A stretch of 63,768 nt of DNA, filler included, from Lenisia limosa (lineage: Eukaryota > Protista > Breviatea): assembly GCA_001655205.1 (NCBI GenBank). It is 18 parts of 18 records of this genome, joined end to end, with 100 filler letters (N's around TTAATTAATTAA, not from the genome) between each part and the next. Parts side by side here need not be neighbours in the genome. Positions count along the whole stretch, not along the records: positions 35,677 to 37,548 come from LPNZ01000037.1; positions 37,649 to 40,908 come from LPNZ01008569.1; positions 41,009 to 42,320 come from LPNZ01000811.1; positions 42,421 to 47,896 come from LPNZ01001359.1; positions 47,997 to 49,182 come from LPNZ01005385.1; positions 49,283 to 58,308 come from LPNZ01011206.1; 12 more parts are not named here. The stretch is one strand, 5' to 3'. Made by a program: the position numbers and the translations under genes. Numbering within the stretch: the first letter of the stretch is position 1; each line of letters opens with the position of its first letter. The notes below the pieces were generated by a model that was not told the origin of the DNA, did not search any database, and worked only from the letters and a program-made list of their open reading frames with translations. Shown here piece by piece: positions 36,121 through 51,294 of the stretch.

Positions 36121-37467
36121 GGTCTTACTCCATGCGGAAGCTGTCCGAGCCACCAATCGCCAGTCAACGCCACACATTGCGCGTGCGTCGAGGGCTTCGT
36201 GCTTGATGAAAACGACAGCTGCAGCTGCACTAAAGGTGGGAGCTAGGTTTAGCCTTGTTGTTCGTTTTCTCTCTTTAATAGTTCGCCACCTTCGTTCTCT
36301 TTTCATTTTACTATTCGTGTGTAATTCTTCACCTCATAGATAAAAGTCACCTGATATTTAATTGCAGAAACTTGTTCAAATATGTCCCGCTACTTAATTC
36401 AAAATTTTGATGACAGAGACGTGTATTAATTATCTAATCGGAAGAAAGGGGATGGAAAAACAGTCTGTTCAATTTACAAATTAATTATACATTAACTCAT
36501 CAATTTAGGTCGACAGGTGACTTCTGAGGGCTGTTCCCTTTGCCCTATAGGATTCTATAAGGTGGGTTCACAATCTAATACAATACGTGTTTTTTTTTTG
36601 TATCTTGTAAGCAACATATAAAAAGGTGTGTTCACAATATGATATAATATCATACTCCCTGCCCTTGTCCGCTTTGTTCTTCTACAGGTGGGGGCTAGAC
36701 AAGGGTTCAATATCGACACCAAATGGGACTCTTTGGAACAACGGTAGTATGAACCAGATTCTGAGCTTGTCATGTTGTAGACATTTTACTTTTGTTTTAT
36801 GACATCGTATAGTTCCTCTCTTCATCTATAAAGCAAAATAGAGACATTCTTTGACGCCAATCTAGGACACGATTGGCATTGATGCGTGCACTCCATGCAT
36901 GGATACGCGCACCACCACTGCTGAAGGCGCCACGAGCGTCCAGGATTGCGTATGTGCTCCTGATTATTTCACAGACCAAGGTGGGGGGGTCTGATAGTAT
37001 GATAATAATATTTTATTATGATATTATGATAATATGATAATGTTATGAATGATGTTTTTTGGAGAGTGGGGAGCATTCCAGACTTTCTTTAACCCCCACT
37101 TTTTTTTTTGACAAAAGAAATAATATATCATATACAAGCAACTTCAGAAAACAAAGAAAACATAGGGATACCATACAAAATTACCCATAATTGGGTGCTG
37201 ATTGTGTTACTTCTTCAAATAATTGGCGCTTTCAACTTGCAAGCGGGCTATGCCTATATTAGTGGGATCCCTGGTGATCCTTAACTCTCAGTAAATAATC
37301 AATTGCACTTAACTCTGATATTCACTCTGTATATTATTTGTGTTTTCTTATTTTTTGATAATTTTGCATGCATGCTTGTCCCCAATAAAACAATTATTCA
37401 CACTTTTCAGCCGAGGGAGAAGAGCCGAAAACATGCTATGACTGCCCTGAAGGAGGCATGTGCTATG
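36121..37467 (+). CDS. Cys-rich surface/secreted protein with GCC2/GCC3 (ephrin-receptor-like) repeats
   Basis: Exons GLTPCGSCPSHQSPVNATHCACVEGFVLDENDSCSCTK, DTIGIDACTPCMDTRTTTAEGATSVQDCVCAPDYF, PKTCYDCPEGGMCY. Confidence 0.65.
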
Positions 37468-39114
37468 GTGGGGAGGGGAGGCGATTTTCCAAGGGAAATC
37501 ATATCAAATCGGTCAAGACTTATCCCGGCCACTGTATTTTATTTATTTNNNNNNNNNNNNNNNNNNNNNNNNNNNNNNNNNNNNNNNNNNNNTTAATTAA
37601 TTAANNNNNNNNNNNNNNNNNNNNNNNNNNNNNNNNNNNNNNNNNNNNTATCATCCCTATGTATTTATTCGTTTCCTAGATTCCTTATGTCTAATATTTT
37701 TCTTGTTCAAAAAATTGTCTTATTGGACCTTAGATGGTATTTTTCTTTGGACGGTGTGACAGAGACAAGAACAATAAAACACTCTTTATTCCATGTAAGG
37801 GGGTCGTCTGTTGGGCTTCACTCCACGAAGACCGGTAAACTAGCGAAGTTTGTATCTCGAGAAATTCATCATTTTTTTACAAAAGCGTGTCACAGGTCAC
37901 ATGATCTTGTCACTAGTGGATATGGATTAACATAATATGATAGAGGATTGTGACATTTCACCCTTGTGGTTGGAGCTCTGTGTACGTTCATCACAAAAAT
38001 AGTCATAATTAGGGGATTAAGCATTATTGACATTGTAATAAATATGAGAATTATGTATTGGTAGACATTTCACTCCCGTAGTTGGGAAGACAATTTAGAG
38101 ATATCAGAATTATTTAAATAATAGAAATTCACCCTTGTAAATGAAAACACTATTTATCAGAATTATTTAAAAACAAAACAAGTGGTTTTAGGATGCATTT
38201 ATGTATACAATAGGCATTCACCCTGTAGTTGGAGCTTTGTGTGCAGTTCATCACCGACTGCATAACCCCTCAGTCCGGGTGTTCTGCGGCTTATTGGTGC
38301 ATGGTGGGTGGGGCATTAAGTGTTTTGTATGATATGGGGGTCGGTGGTATTTGTGTATTAACGATATGGTATTGGGGGGGACCGAAATTTTGGGCGATTT
38401 GTTGGCGATGGGAGCAGATCTCTTGAAGTTATTCACNNNNNNNNNNNNNNNNNNNNNNNNNNNNNNNNNNNNNNNNNNNNNNNNNNNNNNNNNNNNNNNN
38501 NNNNNNNNNNNNNNNNNNNNNNNNNNNNNNNNNNNNNNNNNNNNNNNNNNNNNNNNNNNNNNNNNNNNGTTTGTTTTGCGTGGTCAACCACCGGATATAT
38601 CTTGACCGATTTTCCTTTGAAAATCATAGAGCAAATGGGCCAAGACTTTCCCGGTCACTTTCCGTATATCATGTATTATAATAACTACCCCCACACCTCC
38701 GTTTGTTACCCCATGTTCTTATTGCGTTCTTTTTATCCATGAGTCATCCTGTTGTTTTGTCGCCTTCATCCCCAGCAAAAGCGATTGGCCTGGGCTTTGT
38801 TTGTTTTGTTGTTCTCAACCCTCTTGTGTTGTCCCAACAAGTTAATTTGGGCTTTGTTTTTGTTTCATAAATTTTCCAGTTTTATCCCCCCCCCCCCCNN
38901 NNNNNNNNNNNNNNNNNNNNNNNNNNNNNNNNNNNNNNNNNNNNNNNNNNNNNNNNNNNNNNNNNNNNNNNNNNNNNNNNNNNNNNNNNNNNNNNNNNNN
39001 NNNNNNNNNNNNNNNNNNNNNCGTTTGCATCCGAACACACTTCAAAAGCAAAGAAAAGGTGAGCTTTTTTGAAAACAAGAGAAATCATACGCATTAGAAA
39101 TCTAGGGAAACAAA

Positions 39115-40767
39115 TAAATATGGATACCATTAACACATTACCATACTTCTGCACACACTTGTCCGAGGTTTCCCTGCTTTTGCGTCTATCCATATCCAAT
39201 GGGGAAATCCATACCACTCCTTCAACCCATGATTTCTCGCCTGTTTAACAATTGAAGGTGGCATAAGGCATACACTCTTGTCAGAAACCCAAGTCTACTC
39301 CAGAGGACCGTTTCGCATAGCCACCACCATCACTGAACACTGTGTTCGGTTTCAGATTATTATTATTATTCTTTTTTATTGTTTCCCAGTAGTTTAGTTT
39401 TCTTGTCAGTTCTATGGTTGAATAAATACATGCGCTCTATTTCACTACCAGGATACTTGGGATTCTTGTGAACACGTTGGAATTCCCTTCTTCTACATGG
39501 AAATCCAATGGAATTTTATGGAAATTTGAAGAAATCTAAGAAAATACAAGCATGCGCCGTAGTGGAGGAATAACAATTACACAGCCCCACCTCCCCCCCA
39601 GAATAAAACAGGAGATCTATTGATCGTAATACAAAATAAACACTCATCTTCCTCGAAGCACCTTTAAGACCTCGTGTATTGGGTGGCTGCTCCTTTAGAT
39701 CACCTGGGGGGGGGGGGGTNNNNNNNNNNNNNNNNNNNNNNNNNNNNNNNNNNNNAAATCGAATAATAATAATAATCTGTAACCGATTACAGTGATCAGT
39801 GATGGTGGGGTAAGGTGAGGTTATTAGACCGGGACTTATCTCAGAATCGTTACCTCCAAGAGTTAAATTAATAGCGAATTCCCTACGGTCCGAAACAGAC
39901 AGGTAAAATATCGATAATTATCGAGGATTTATCGAGAAATTCAGTCTTGTTTGGGACCGTAGGGATACCTTATTAGTAATACAAAACGAGGTAAATGGGT
40001 AATTTACTACAAAACAAAAAAAAAAACTCTGGAATCCTCTGCTGTCTAGATATGATATACATGACTGTCTTTATCAGTTTACAAACGCACCCCCTCCCCC
40101 CCACCTTCCGCCTAGAAATGCGACTCCTTTGAAAAGTGCTGCCTTGGCTTGAGAACGTCCACTGTCACCTCATCTGCATACGTTAGGGCTTCACTTCGGT
40201 TCGAAAAATACCAGTACAATACCAATATTTGAAGATTAATCGAGAAATTTCGTCTCTTTTCGAAGCCCAACAGACGGTGAACTGTTATTGCTACCCGCCC
40301 CGCTGCATGGAGATATTATACAATGACCCACCCCCTATAAACTATATATAATTACTAATTTACCCCATAGTCCCACCCCACCCTGCTCGCGTGCACGCAA
40401 TCTGCGTTCCTGCGCCGCCTTAAACAGGGCCCGGATCTCCGAGGGCGCCAACGGGGNNNNNNNNNNNNNNNNNNNNNNNNNNNNNNNNNNNNNNNNNNNN
40501 NNNNNNNNNNNNNNNNNNNNNNNNNNNNNNNNNNNNNNNNNNNNNNNNNNNNNTCACTTCCGTTCGAAAAAGATCGGTAAAATATCGATAATTTTCGAGA
40601 ATTTATTGACAATTTCATTTTTCGAGCCGAAGTGAAGCTCTTTGTTTTGCTCAAAGCATTAAGACATCTGCTCTCTTTTTCTCTCCCCCAATACCGACCT
40701 TGCTGTGTGACGGGAAGTTGTGGGAACCGGGTGTATTCTGAAGCACATTGGAGACGCACCCTGATGC
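39115..40767 (-). CDS. unidentified multi-exon gene fragments
   Basis: Spliced GC-rich exons (VRLQCASEYTRFPQLPVTQQGRY, PLAPSEIRALFKAAQERRLRAREQ, DLKEQPPNTRGLKGASRKM, GEKSWVEGVVWISPLDMDRRK). Confidence 0.3.
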
Positions 40768-42420
40768 GAATGAAAAAGGACATCATATGTGGTTCAATAT
40801 ACTATATCATCCTATGTACATAAGATGTTATTATTTCTGGCCGAAGCCGTCCACACCATCATGCTTATAAGAGATATTGGATTATAGTATTATTAATTCA
40901 CCCAATCANNNNNNNNNNNNNNNNNNNNNNNNNNNNNNNNNNNNNNNNNNNNTTAATTAATTAANNNNNNNNNNNNNNNNNNNNNNNNNNNNNNNNNNNN
41001 NNNNNNNNGGCGGAGAGCATGAAGGAGGTGTTTAGGTTGGGAAGGGGGCTTAATAAACGTGCAATAGGTGGCCAATACCATTGTTGACTTGTCGACATTT
41101 GCAGTGACTTGACCTCCTTGTGGTGACAATTGACTGATATGTTTGTAATGCAACCTTATAAACGCTGGGTGAAGCCTCGTTTTATCTCCATTCATCATTT
41201 CAATTCGAAAATCGGTCATTTGCTCATCCCACCTCGGGGTATAACACAATATGAAATGCACCTATTATTCTTCAGATGTACTTCATGTTAAGCATCCAAT
41301 CCATCAAAACCCTTTTTTTTTATTGAAAAATTAAAGCCATGTTGACAATTCTTAGGCATTACTCTGTTCAAAAACTAAATTCAGTTGGTTGACTGTTTAG
41401 GAAACTCTTCACCAACAAGCCCGCTATCCGTAACCCCTTTGTGCTCTGGGAGACGCTTCAAAACACATGCAAAGCTCATCACTTCCGGGATACGTACATG
41501 ATCATGTCAATGGCGGGTGAGAGGCTCTCTACCTGCTTTCTTGTCGCTCTCATATTCAATACAAAAACTATTAATTGTATTTGTTTGCTACTTGAATGTT
41601 ACTTTTTTAGACTGCGCTATTCAACATTCAAGTAACCCGTGCACTCTTCCAAGAAACCATTACTACACTGTTGGTTCTATATATAGCTATCATTGATATT
41701 GATGGTGTGCATAAACTATCAAACAATCCAAATCTCTTTTTAGCGTGATATTTGGAGGGGCTTCACTGCATATTTTTATTTCTCATTTCTACAAACCATT
41801 TGATACTGGACAACCTATCATCCACACACCATTTGATACTGGACAACCTATCATCTTTTACGCATTTATTTATCGTATCAACGTACTCTGTGACCTTTCG
41901 CAAGTTAGAAATTTGAATCAAAAAAACATTCGGATTTCTTGATTGCATTTGCCTGATAAAACAGTGGGCGTTGACTGATGACTTTGAACTCTCCTTTGGC
42001 CAATATCGCGATATTTGGGAGGTGAGAGGTTGTCATTGAGAAAGTAGGAAGTGAGTGCTGTGTATGCTAAGTATTGTAGTTAGTACATATATTACATACA
42101 TACATGTATTACACATGCATATGTATGTCATAATTCCCCTCCATCGATACATATAATATATATATGTTTATAATACCGCTTTTGCAGTATTTGGTTTTGA
42201 GGATTATCATTGAAAATTCAGCTTCATAGTTCTATATCTGTCATATAGATATTCTTCTGTGACAAAAATAAGTTCTTGAAATTATTTCTGTTCTTTCCCC
42301 TCGATATGTGTTGCATATGANNNNNNNNNNNNNNNNNNNNNNNNNNNNNNNNNNNNNNNNNNNNTTAATTAATTAANNNNNNNNNNNNNNNNNNNNNNNN
42401 NNNNNNNNNNNNNNNNNNNN

Positions 42421-45400
42421 CCGATGTTTGTATTCAGAGTTTATACCTCATTTACACCCAGATGAAGAGACAGAAGGCCCTGCTCAGAGGGACGGAGTGG
42501 GTTATGCACCGAAAGCAAAGGCTAATCTTCTTGCTGTCAAGGTAAGCGACCTCATCTTTCACTGATATCCAGACAATCCAAGACCTTGACCTTGCCTTCA
42601 GTGCCGCCTGCCATCTCAATCTCAGACCATCTTTACCTAATATGGCACTCAAAGGGTCAATGGTCTCAATTGCTCCAGTTCCTGAAAGTTGGTTTCTTTG
42701 GACTGCAGATATATCAATGGAATTTTTCGAACGTCATTTTTTACTCTGAATTTCATCATATTTTCTGATTTTTTTTTCGCCATTTTGTCTTCAAAATATC
42801 TATTTTTAAGCAAAACTCAATAGTCAATTTCACAAAATTTACTCCACCACATCCACGAGTGAATGTCCAAAGATAAACTGTTAATCACTACACGATCAGT
42901 ACATATTAATATTAACTACCTAGACCCCTACCCCTCAACAACTGCGTTGGCCGTTACCAACTCAACAATGAAGTACATCGTCAACGCCATTTATGCAACA
43001 GACTCGTATCCTCCAGATGAATCTTCTTTCAAAGGACCTATTCCGGACTGCATTATGCCACCTGATCTCCCGGTCTTGTCTGGAACCACAAACCGCCTAT
43101 CTACTCAGCTTCTTTCCGATCTCATTGCGGCAGGCGCCTCTTTAGGTTACTCCTCTGAAACTCTTTCCTGGAAAGTCAGCTTATCTGAATTCAACAATTT
43201 ATTGGGGAAACCGTTTTAACGACACCAGGATAATGAATTACTTGCTGAAGGTTCTGATCAAGTGCTCCAATCGACACATCATTCTTTGGCGGTTTGAATG
43301 ATAATACATACTAATTCTTAGAACACAACGGAGGGAGGCCATAGATTTCCCTTGTTGCCATCTCAACGTGAAGCCAAGGTCATGGCTGCTTGTATGGAAG
43401 GAATGCTTCGAAGGTATATCTTTGAAACGAATACTGTGTTGTTTATTATTTAGCCTCTCGCCTGGTCTTGTCGTACCTTCACTTCTCTCTCTTCTTTCTT
43501 CGAATATTCAAACGGTAAGTGTGGTGTGACTTTTCTTTGAGCATTAGATGACAATACAGAGACCAAAATGGTTTTCGGGTTTCCTTGGCTCTAGACTATC
43601 AGCAACAATGATGCGACCCCTTGGGATTGCATCCCTTTTCAACACGTGTCTTTTGGACACAGAAGACAGTGAGATGGGTGGAACTTTGCATTGTTTTACT
43701 TTCTACATTGTGACTAACAAAATTAGTTTCCACTCCCGCATTTGCTCGAATGGTCTCAACCATATGCAAACCTCCTAGAAATACTCCGATCTCCAGATTT
43801 CAAGAGAGCATATTTGAGCAAGTTGGAAGGATAATACTGGTGTTTTGGACACTTGATTTACTGGTCTAGCTCCATGAGCTCCATTTTTCAGGCTCTGGAG
43901 TGACACCTCTCGCAGCTGCTTTTCTGACAAGTTGGGTCATTGTTGTACTTTTCCCTTTGTAATGCTCATTTACTCCAGACCATCTCCTGACCGTCTACCC
44001 CGAGACCCGAGCAAACCTTTTGTATCGGCTCTTGGACCCGCTTCTCATCGCGTGTCGAACCAAAGTGCCCGCAAAAATGGATAAGTCACTAAGTGGGGAA
44101 GAAAAACATAAACAAATCCGCAATTGAAGGGATTTCCATTTTCTTGGCTTGTTGTTAGTCTGATAATTTAGCGAAACCAACGGAGCCTTTGAGAGCCACC
44201 TTGGAATTTGACACTCCATCATTGAGTCTCTTTACAAGCCATCTCACAGAAACCGCGCTGTATGTTTGAATTTTGACACTCATACAACAGGAGCCAAACA
44301 TCTCCTTTAGCAGCCTCGTTTGATCATGAGATCATGGATGAGATTCAATTCATGGCCATGTTGGAGATAATCGTGAGGCTGACAACAAGCCCCTCTGCCT
44401 GCGACCAGCTTTGGACGGCTCTTTGCCCATGTAGGTGGACAATGTTCCATTGACCTTTTGTAGTCTTCCCAATGTTTTTGAGACTTCACGCCTGGGCCCA
44501 AACGTCGATTTCCAATGTCGGGCCTTTGTGCGAGGTTGGAATATCCAAGTCTTAACGCATAGGCTGTTCTCTCGTCTTTTTTCACCCGGTGTTTAAGTAT
44601 TGTCGACCTCATTAATGACTTTTGTCAAAAACGTAATAGGGCTTGGTGTGCTACTCAGTATATTTCCCAATTATTGTTCATGACTGACGTAGCATTTGCG
44701 TTCTGCCCGTTCTCCTTCGCAGTCGGCGATAACCAGGGCGTTTGTCTCTGGTCCTCAAGACCGTAATTGGGGTGTAATTGTGACTGTACATCCAATTTCT
44801 GTCTCATATTCAAGGGAAGACTCCACTTCCCCAATTGTACAATCGATAGTCAAGATGCTCAGTAACGCGTCAGGACAGGTACCCACTCGTAATAACACAC
44901 TACCGGGTAGATGTCAGTCACCATGTAGGGAGACAAACAATCCAGAACGATCTGCTCGCTCTTTTCATCCCTCACAACCACTGCTTCCCTTCAACCAGCA
45001 AATGCTTCAGATGGAGGGTTGGCGCTTTGAAAGAACCATTTTCTCTTACATGTTGACTCAGGCGCATTCTTCTTTTGGAGCTCATAGCGGAATTGATTGC
45101 GATAATTGGCTCCTTGACTCGAATTGACATTGATATGGTTTGAAAGTCGTGTTTGACAAACTTACCCTTTTAGGTGATTCCTGGTCTTTGTAGTTTGATA
45201 GAAATGCAAGTCCCGACGTTGTCAATGATTGCGCTTCAGTCACTCAATGCCATTCTGGATACAAGCCCTCCAATCGGGGTGTCTGTTATTTCAAGTTTGA
45301 ACAAAGTTTGCACTGGGATCCCTTCAACGTATTTGTTCTTTTGATATTATTGAAGTTACAAAATAGGTACAGAAAACAGTGAACATGATGCTGAGTAGAG

Positions 45401-46965
45401 ATGGTTCAATTGCAGCCGAAACTGAGTAGGGAATAGGATCTTTGGTCTCAAAACTGACTTAACAGACACGCGGCCCGAGATTTGCTGGTTCAATCCGCAC
45501 CCTATATTACAACTTCACTGAAGAATATTCCGGTAGTAAATAAAGCACAAGCCTCTAAAGACAGCCATCTGATTGATGATTTGGCTGAAGACCTTTCCGA
45601 TCCCCTCATTCCAATTAGGTAATCGCTTTTATGATATTTATGATATTCAGAGCCCATGCTGTTCGCAAACTTTCGGCACTTTTGACGACTTATATGTTGA
45701 CTTCCGAGGATTCTGTTCTTCGGGCCTTTGACATTATTTTGGCAGCGGCTGATCTTGATGATGAGTTTGTGGACTGAAACGGATTAAAGGTCTAAACTGG
45801 CCCTCTAACCTGGTATAGGTTCTTAAATACAGCGATGATCCAGTCTGCGCTTCTGTCTGTGGTGCAGTTCCCAACTCTGCTTCTTCCAGTCCTCTTAAAA
45901 CAACTACATCATCAAAATGCTCACAACAAACTTATAGTAAGCTTTCTTAAATCATTTCAACCACTATCTATCCAGGCAGCTGACATTCTGTGCGGTGTTA
46001 TTGAGAGAATGAAAGAGAAGCTCAACTTCAATTGTTTGGCTTTGGGCTTGATTCACTTTGTAGCATCGGAACTGACAAACAACATTATTGGGATTCTCAC
46101 CTCCAATCCATCACCTGATGTGTTTGGGGGGATGAACGGTTATTTCTTATTCTGACCCCCTGTTACTATTATAGGCGATTATCAGCGTTCTCACTCCTCT
46201 CAACACTCCTCGAGCATATTCCTCTGTCCATTTCAGGAGCTATTTCAGAAACACTCCAAATGACCGAGATAGTCCTCACAACTGACCCTGACAACATTGT
46301 ATGTATTGGATCTGTGATCTGAATATTTGTCTCTGGTGCTTAATGAAAAGGTTCGACGAGCTGCTGCCTTTTGTTTGGCTGGGTTATCGTCAAATATTCC
46401 AGTTGACGTACTGGTTGAGCATCAAAGGTATGGGTACTGGAAATCTGTACATTTGAATGTGTGTTCATCAAAAAATAGTCGACCTTCCCAATTACGCATG
46501 AGTCCCTCTTCTGAAAAGGAGTGATGGATGCTGCAGAAGCCACTGGCTGTGCTTTATTGTTGTTGTTCTCAACCCCCGTGTATTGTTTCTGGCCAACTGT
46601 TCATTTTGGGCTTTTTTTGTTTCATAAATTTTCCATTTTTNNNNNNNNNNNNNNNNNNNNNNNNNNNNNNNNNNNNNNNNNNNNNNNNNNNNNNNNNNNN
46701 NNNNNNNNNNNNNNNNNNNNNNNNNNNNNNNNNNNNNNNNNNNNNNNNTTTGTTGACTAACCCTCATAGTGAATTGGCGCGTCTCCTTTCAGTGGCTGAA
46801 AATGACACTGGTATGTGGATACTCGGGCTGGACTTTGGTGTGTCAATGTTTAACAATGTAGACTCTTTGGTCCGCAGTTTTGCATCAACAGCGGAGGTGT
46901 CACAGCAAAACGCTCTTATTGAGGAGGTACATGACCCCACTCCGTCCATATTAAAGATTGTTTAA
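42421..46965 (+). CDS. TANGO6: TANGO6/RTP1-like HEAT/ARM protein (RNA polymerase II assembly/import factor), many short introns
   Basis: Exons PKWFSGFLGSRLSATMMRPLGIASLF (cf. [23 protein letters not shown]), DLSDPLIPIRAHAVRKL, ADLDDEF-VFLNTA, AADILCGVIERM, VRRAAAFCL; stop at 46965; 5' end cut by spacer. Confidence 0.75.
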
Positions 46966-47155
46966 GTTTCTATGCGTGTTTTTTTATTGTTTATGGTACC
47001 ACTCAATGTTTCAATTTAATACTACAATTACTACAATTACTACAAAAATAGATTAAAACCTGCATTCAGTACAATTGACTGGATTTACGGATTTAGACAG
47101 CTTAATATGGTGTTTTCTTTTTTTAAAAAAATCCCTTTTATCTTTGTATTTCAAC

Positions 47156-47896
<741 letters not shown>

Positions 47897-49360
47897 NNNN
47901 NNNNNNNNNNNNNNNNNNNNNNNNNNNNNNNNNNNNNNNNTTAATTAATTAANNNNNNNNNNNNNNNNNNNNNNNNNNNNNNNNNNNNNNNNNNNNCATC
48001 TAGCCTCTCTTTGAAGAACATTTGAACAGGTGACCTCCCCATTGCGTCCCTAAAAAAAAAGGTAATAGCAAAAGTTGACTCAAAAAATGGGATTGAAAAA
48101 TATAAGCCAAGATAGCAGAAATGCTCTCATAGGCTATTAGATATATACAAATTATACCCTTGAGAAGGGAAGAAGGATCGAAGGGAGGACTAACATCCAG
48201 CTTACAGAGGGTGGAAAAACAGTGAAGAGAGTGTTTCTACTCAGAGCCCTTCTTTCCTACAATTTCCGTCTTAAATAATCTTCTTTCTACAATATACACA
48301 TAAATACAATAAAGATTTAACAAATGAAGAGAAAAGCAACAAAAAACAATTTTGGGGGATAAATTGTATTAGTACCACAGGAAGTGGAAAACTCGAGTTC
48401 CTGTGTACCTTCTCTTTATTTCTTTCCAAATTATGAAGATTATCAAATAAATATAATTATTATACCGGCCAAAAGTCCAAAATTCAGAAAAAAAAAGGGG
48501 TGATCAGTTTTTACTGATCTTGTCCAAAAATAGTAATCTTTAAAATTTGACGATGTCCCAAAAAAGGAACTTTTGATTGGTTATATTTCTTTTATATGTG
48601 ATTTTTGGAGAATATTAACCTTTCAAACATCTTTCTTGAAATTATATAAAAATAGAATACGGAGTTTTGAATAAAATACGGAGTTTAGGTTGCCTAGCAT
48701 ATGGGATTATTATCAATATGTGTGATATTTGTAAACATTTTTATTTTCCTTTTAATATGTAGAATATCACACATTAGCATAGAATATACATGTACATATG
48801 TGTCTATCCATGTAGTATATTATATATGTACATGTTGCTATATATTCGAGGAACATGTCCGGTAGTTTTGACCTTCACAGAATGCATACTATGATGACGA
48901 TGATGAAGAATATACCGAACCTGGGAGCCATGGCAACTCTTCTCCTGGATCACCTTGTTCAGTGGCCAGTCACTTGTCCGGACCGATGTCACCAATAGTT
49001 GCACCAATTCCTCCTTACTCCTACAATGAACCGATGATGCCGCAGCTAAATACACAAGATCTCACTCCCCAAAACACCCGAATCAAATTGAACCCATATG
49101 CTCCACCACCGAAGGTGAGATTTAACTTTAATCGCAGTGTAAAAGTCGTCCTATACAAATTGATGTTAAGAGTTTTTTTTTTNNNNNNNNNNNNNNNNNN
49201 NNNNNNNNNNNNNNNNNNNNNNNNNNTTAATTAATTAANNNNNNNNNNNNNNNNNNNNNNNNNNNNNNNNNNNNNNNNNNNNCCCCCCCCCCCCCCAGGT
49301 TCGTGATAAGTACCTTTACACCAATATCCTTCATCGAATTTCTTTCATTTCACCACCCAG

Positions 49361-49790
49361 GCAAAGGAAGTCATTCACGGCCCGTCGGCTCAGTTCAAGG
49401 CCACCGCCGCCGAGCTGCACGAATGTCGGCTGTTGGGAGCGGAAATGGCGGGGAAAGCCATTCGCAACGCCAGTGCTTAGGCCNNNNNNNNNNNNNNNNN
49501 NNNNNNNNNNNNNNNNNNNNNNNNNNNNNNNNNNNNNNNNNNNNNNNNNNNNNNNNNNNNNNNNNNNNNNNNNNNNNNNNNNNNNNNNNNNNNNNNNNNN
49601 NNNNNNNNNNNNNNNNNNNNNNNNNNNNNNNNNNNNNNNNNNNNNNNNNNNNNNNNNNNNNNNNNNNNNNNNNNNNNNNNNNNNNNNNNNNNNNNNNNNN
49701 NNNNNNNNNNNNNNNNNNNNNACGAATGCCGGATGTTGGAAGTGGAAATGTCGGAGAAAGCCTTTCGCATCGCCCGTGCTTCGGCCTTCT
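49361..49790 (+). CDS. unidentified exon plus a diverged partial duplicate
   Basis: Exon AKEVIHGPSAQFKATAAELHECRLLGAEMAGKPF (49361-49482); 49722-49787 repeats its last ~65 nt at roughly 80% identity by eye, with a 1-nt indel. Confidence 0.4.
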
Positions 49791-51151
49791 TTCAATGCAT
49801 CTTTGTTTTACTTTTCAAACTTGCACTTTTTTAGATAATATTACAAACATCTTGTTATGTATTGAGGAACTGTTGACAAGTCTGCTGATATACAAGAATC
49901 TCAATGATTTGATCACATGATATAAGTAATACCATTCGTAACTTCCCAGAGCTGCCCTCTTTCAATACATTTTTTTTTTTTTTTTTTTTTNNNNNNNNNN
50001 NNNNNNNNNNNNNNNNNNNNNNNNNNNNNNNNNNNNNNNNNNNNNNNNNNNNNNNNNNNNNNNNNNNNNNNNNNTGACCAAAGCTGCCCACACTTACTCT
50101 TATGAGGTATCTGACTGAAGTCGTTCACTCACGCTTTAGAGATATTGGATTCTAAAAGTATACCATCTTATCCCACCTACTGTATACACTGTTATGATAC
50201 ATGAGGGAGGTTCAAGAGAATCATATGTTGGCAATTTTGACAACCAGTAGTCTCGATAAATACAATAAATATACTAATAATACACTAAACAACACAATAC
50301 CGCACCATTTACCTATCTATGACCACCTAAATAGTCAGAGGGTGGAGAGCTCGGAGTATCCTGGATGAATTTCTTAATGATCCTCCCAAAATCGATAATA
50401 CTTTCGCTACTATCGATATTACACCATACCATCTTCACGGAATTTCTCGATTAGCTCCTCCCCAACTTTGGTCAACCCCCCCCCNNNNNNNNNNNNNNNN
50501 NNNNNNNNNNNNNNNNNNNNNNNNNNNNNNNNNNNNNNNNNNNNNNNNNNNNNNNNNNNNNNNNNNNNNNNNNNNNNNNNNNNNNNNNNNNNNNNNNNNN
50601 NNNNNNNNNNNNNNNNNCCACTTTGAGATACACGGATTTCATAAGTGGAAGCCTGGAGTGGTGAGGGAATTGGTGGGAAAGATGAAGCAAATGAAGGAAT
50701 TAACCCAATATCCACCGGTGATATGATCATATTACAGACTTTCAAGTCCAAATAATGAACGGAGATAACTCGCGGGTTCATCTCGAGTGTATCAGAGTAT
50801 CATACTTCTCGGCCAATAATCATCAGGTATCATATTACACTGCGTGGGAAAGGGTTAATCACACGTGTGAAAATGACTAAAAAGATGAAGGATGGAAATA
50901 AATATGATGAATATTACGCTATCCACCCTCAAACACTTCAAAAGCGGACAATCCTCTGTCAAGTTGATATGTTACCTCCTCTTTGAACGCAGCCTTTTTG
51001 CCCGACCCCTCGTCGCTCATTTCACTGAAATGAATTAATCTCATGCCAAAAAAAAACGTATACCTTCAGCAACTGAGTTAAGTATCACACAAACCAACTT
51101 ACAGTTAGCAAGAATGGCTGGATACCCTGACAGTTACAATTACCTTACTGG

Positions 51152-51251
51152 TAGGGCTTCCCTGCGGTCCGAAAAAGACCGTTAAATTATCGATATTTAT
51201 GGAGGATTTATCGAGAAAGTCGGTCTTGTTTGGGACCGTAGGGAAGCCCTA
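51152..51251. mobile_element. family A2 subfamily MITE (TIR TAGGGCTTCCCTACGGTCC)
   Basis: 100 bp, same internal core as A1; TSD CTTACTGG/CTTACTAG (7/8). Confidence 0.85.
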
Positions 51252-51294
51252 CTTACTAGCAATAGACCCCCTCAGTATACCACACACCCCGCAC

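Noticed and set aside
42421-46500. Decayed retroelement, or a TGA-recoded long ORF on the minus strand near 44.6-45.2 kb
   Set aside because: The plus strand splices into a TANGO6/RTP1-like protein; the minus-strand frames are best explained as antisense shadows.
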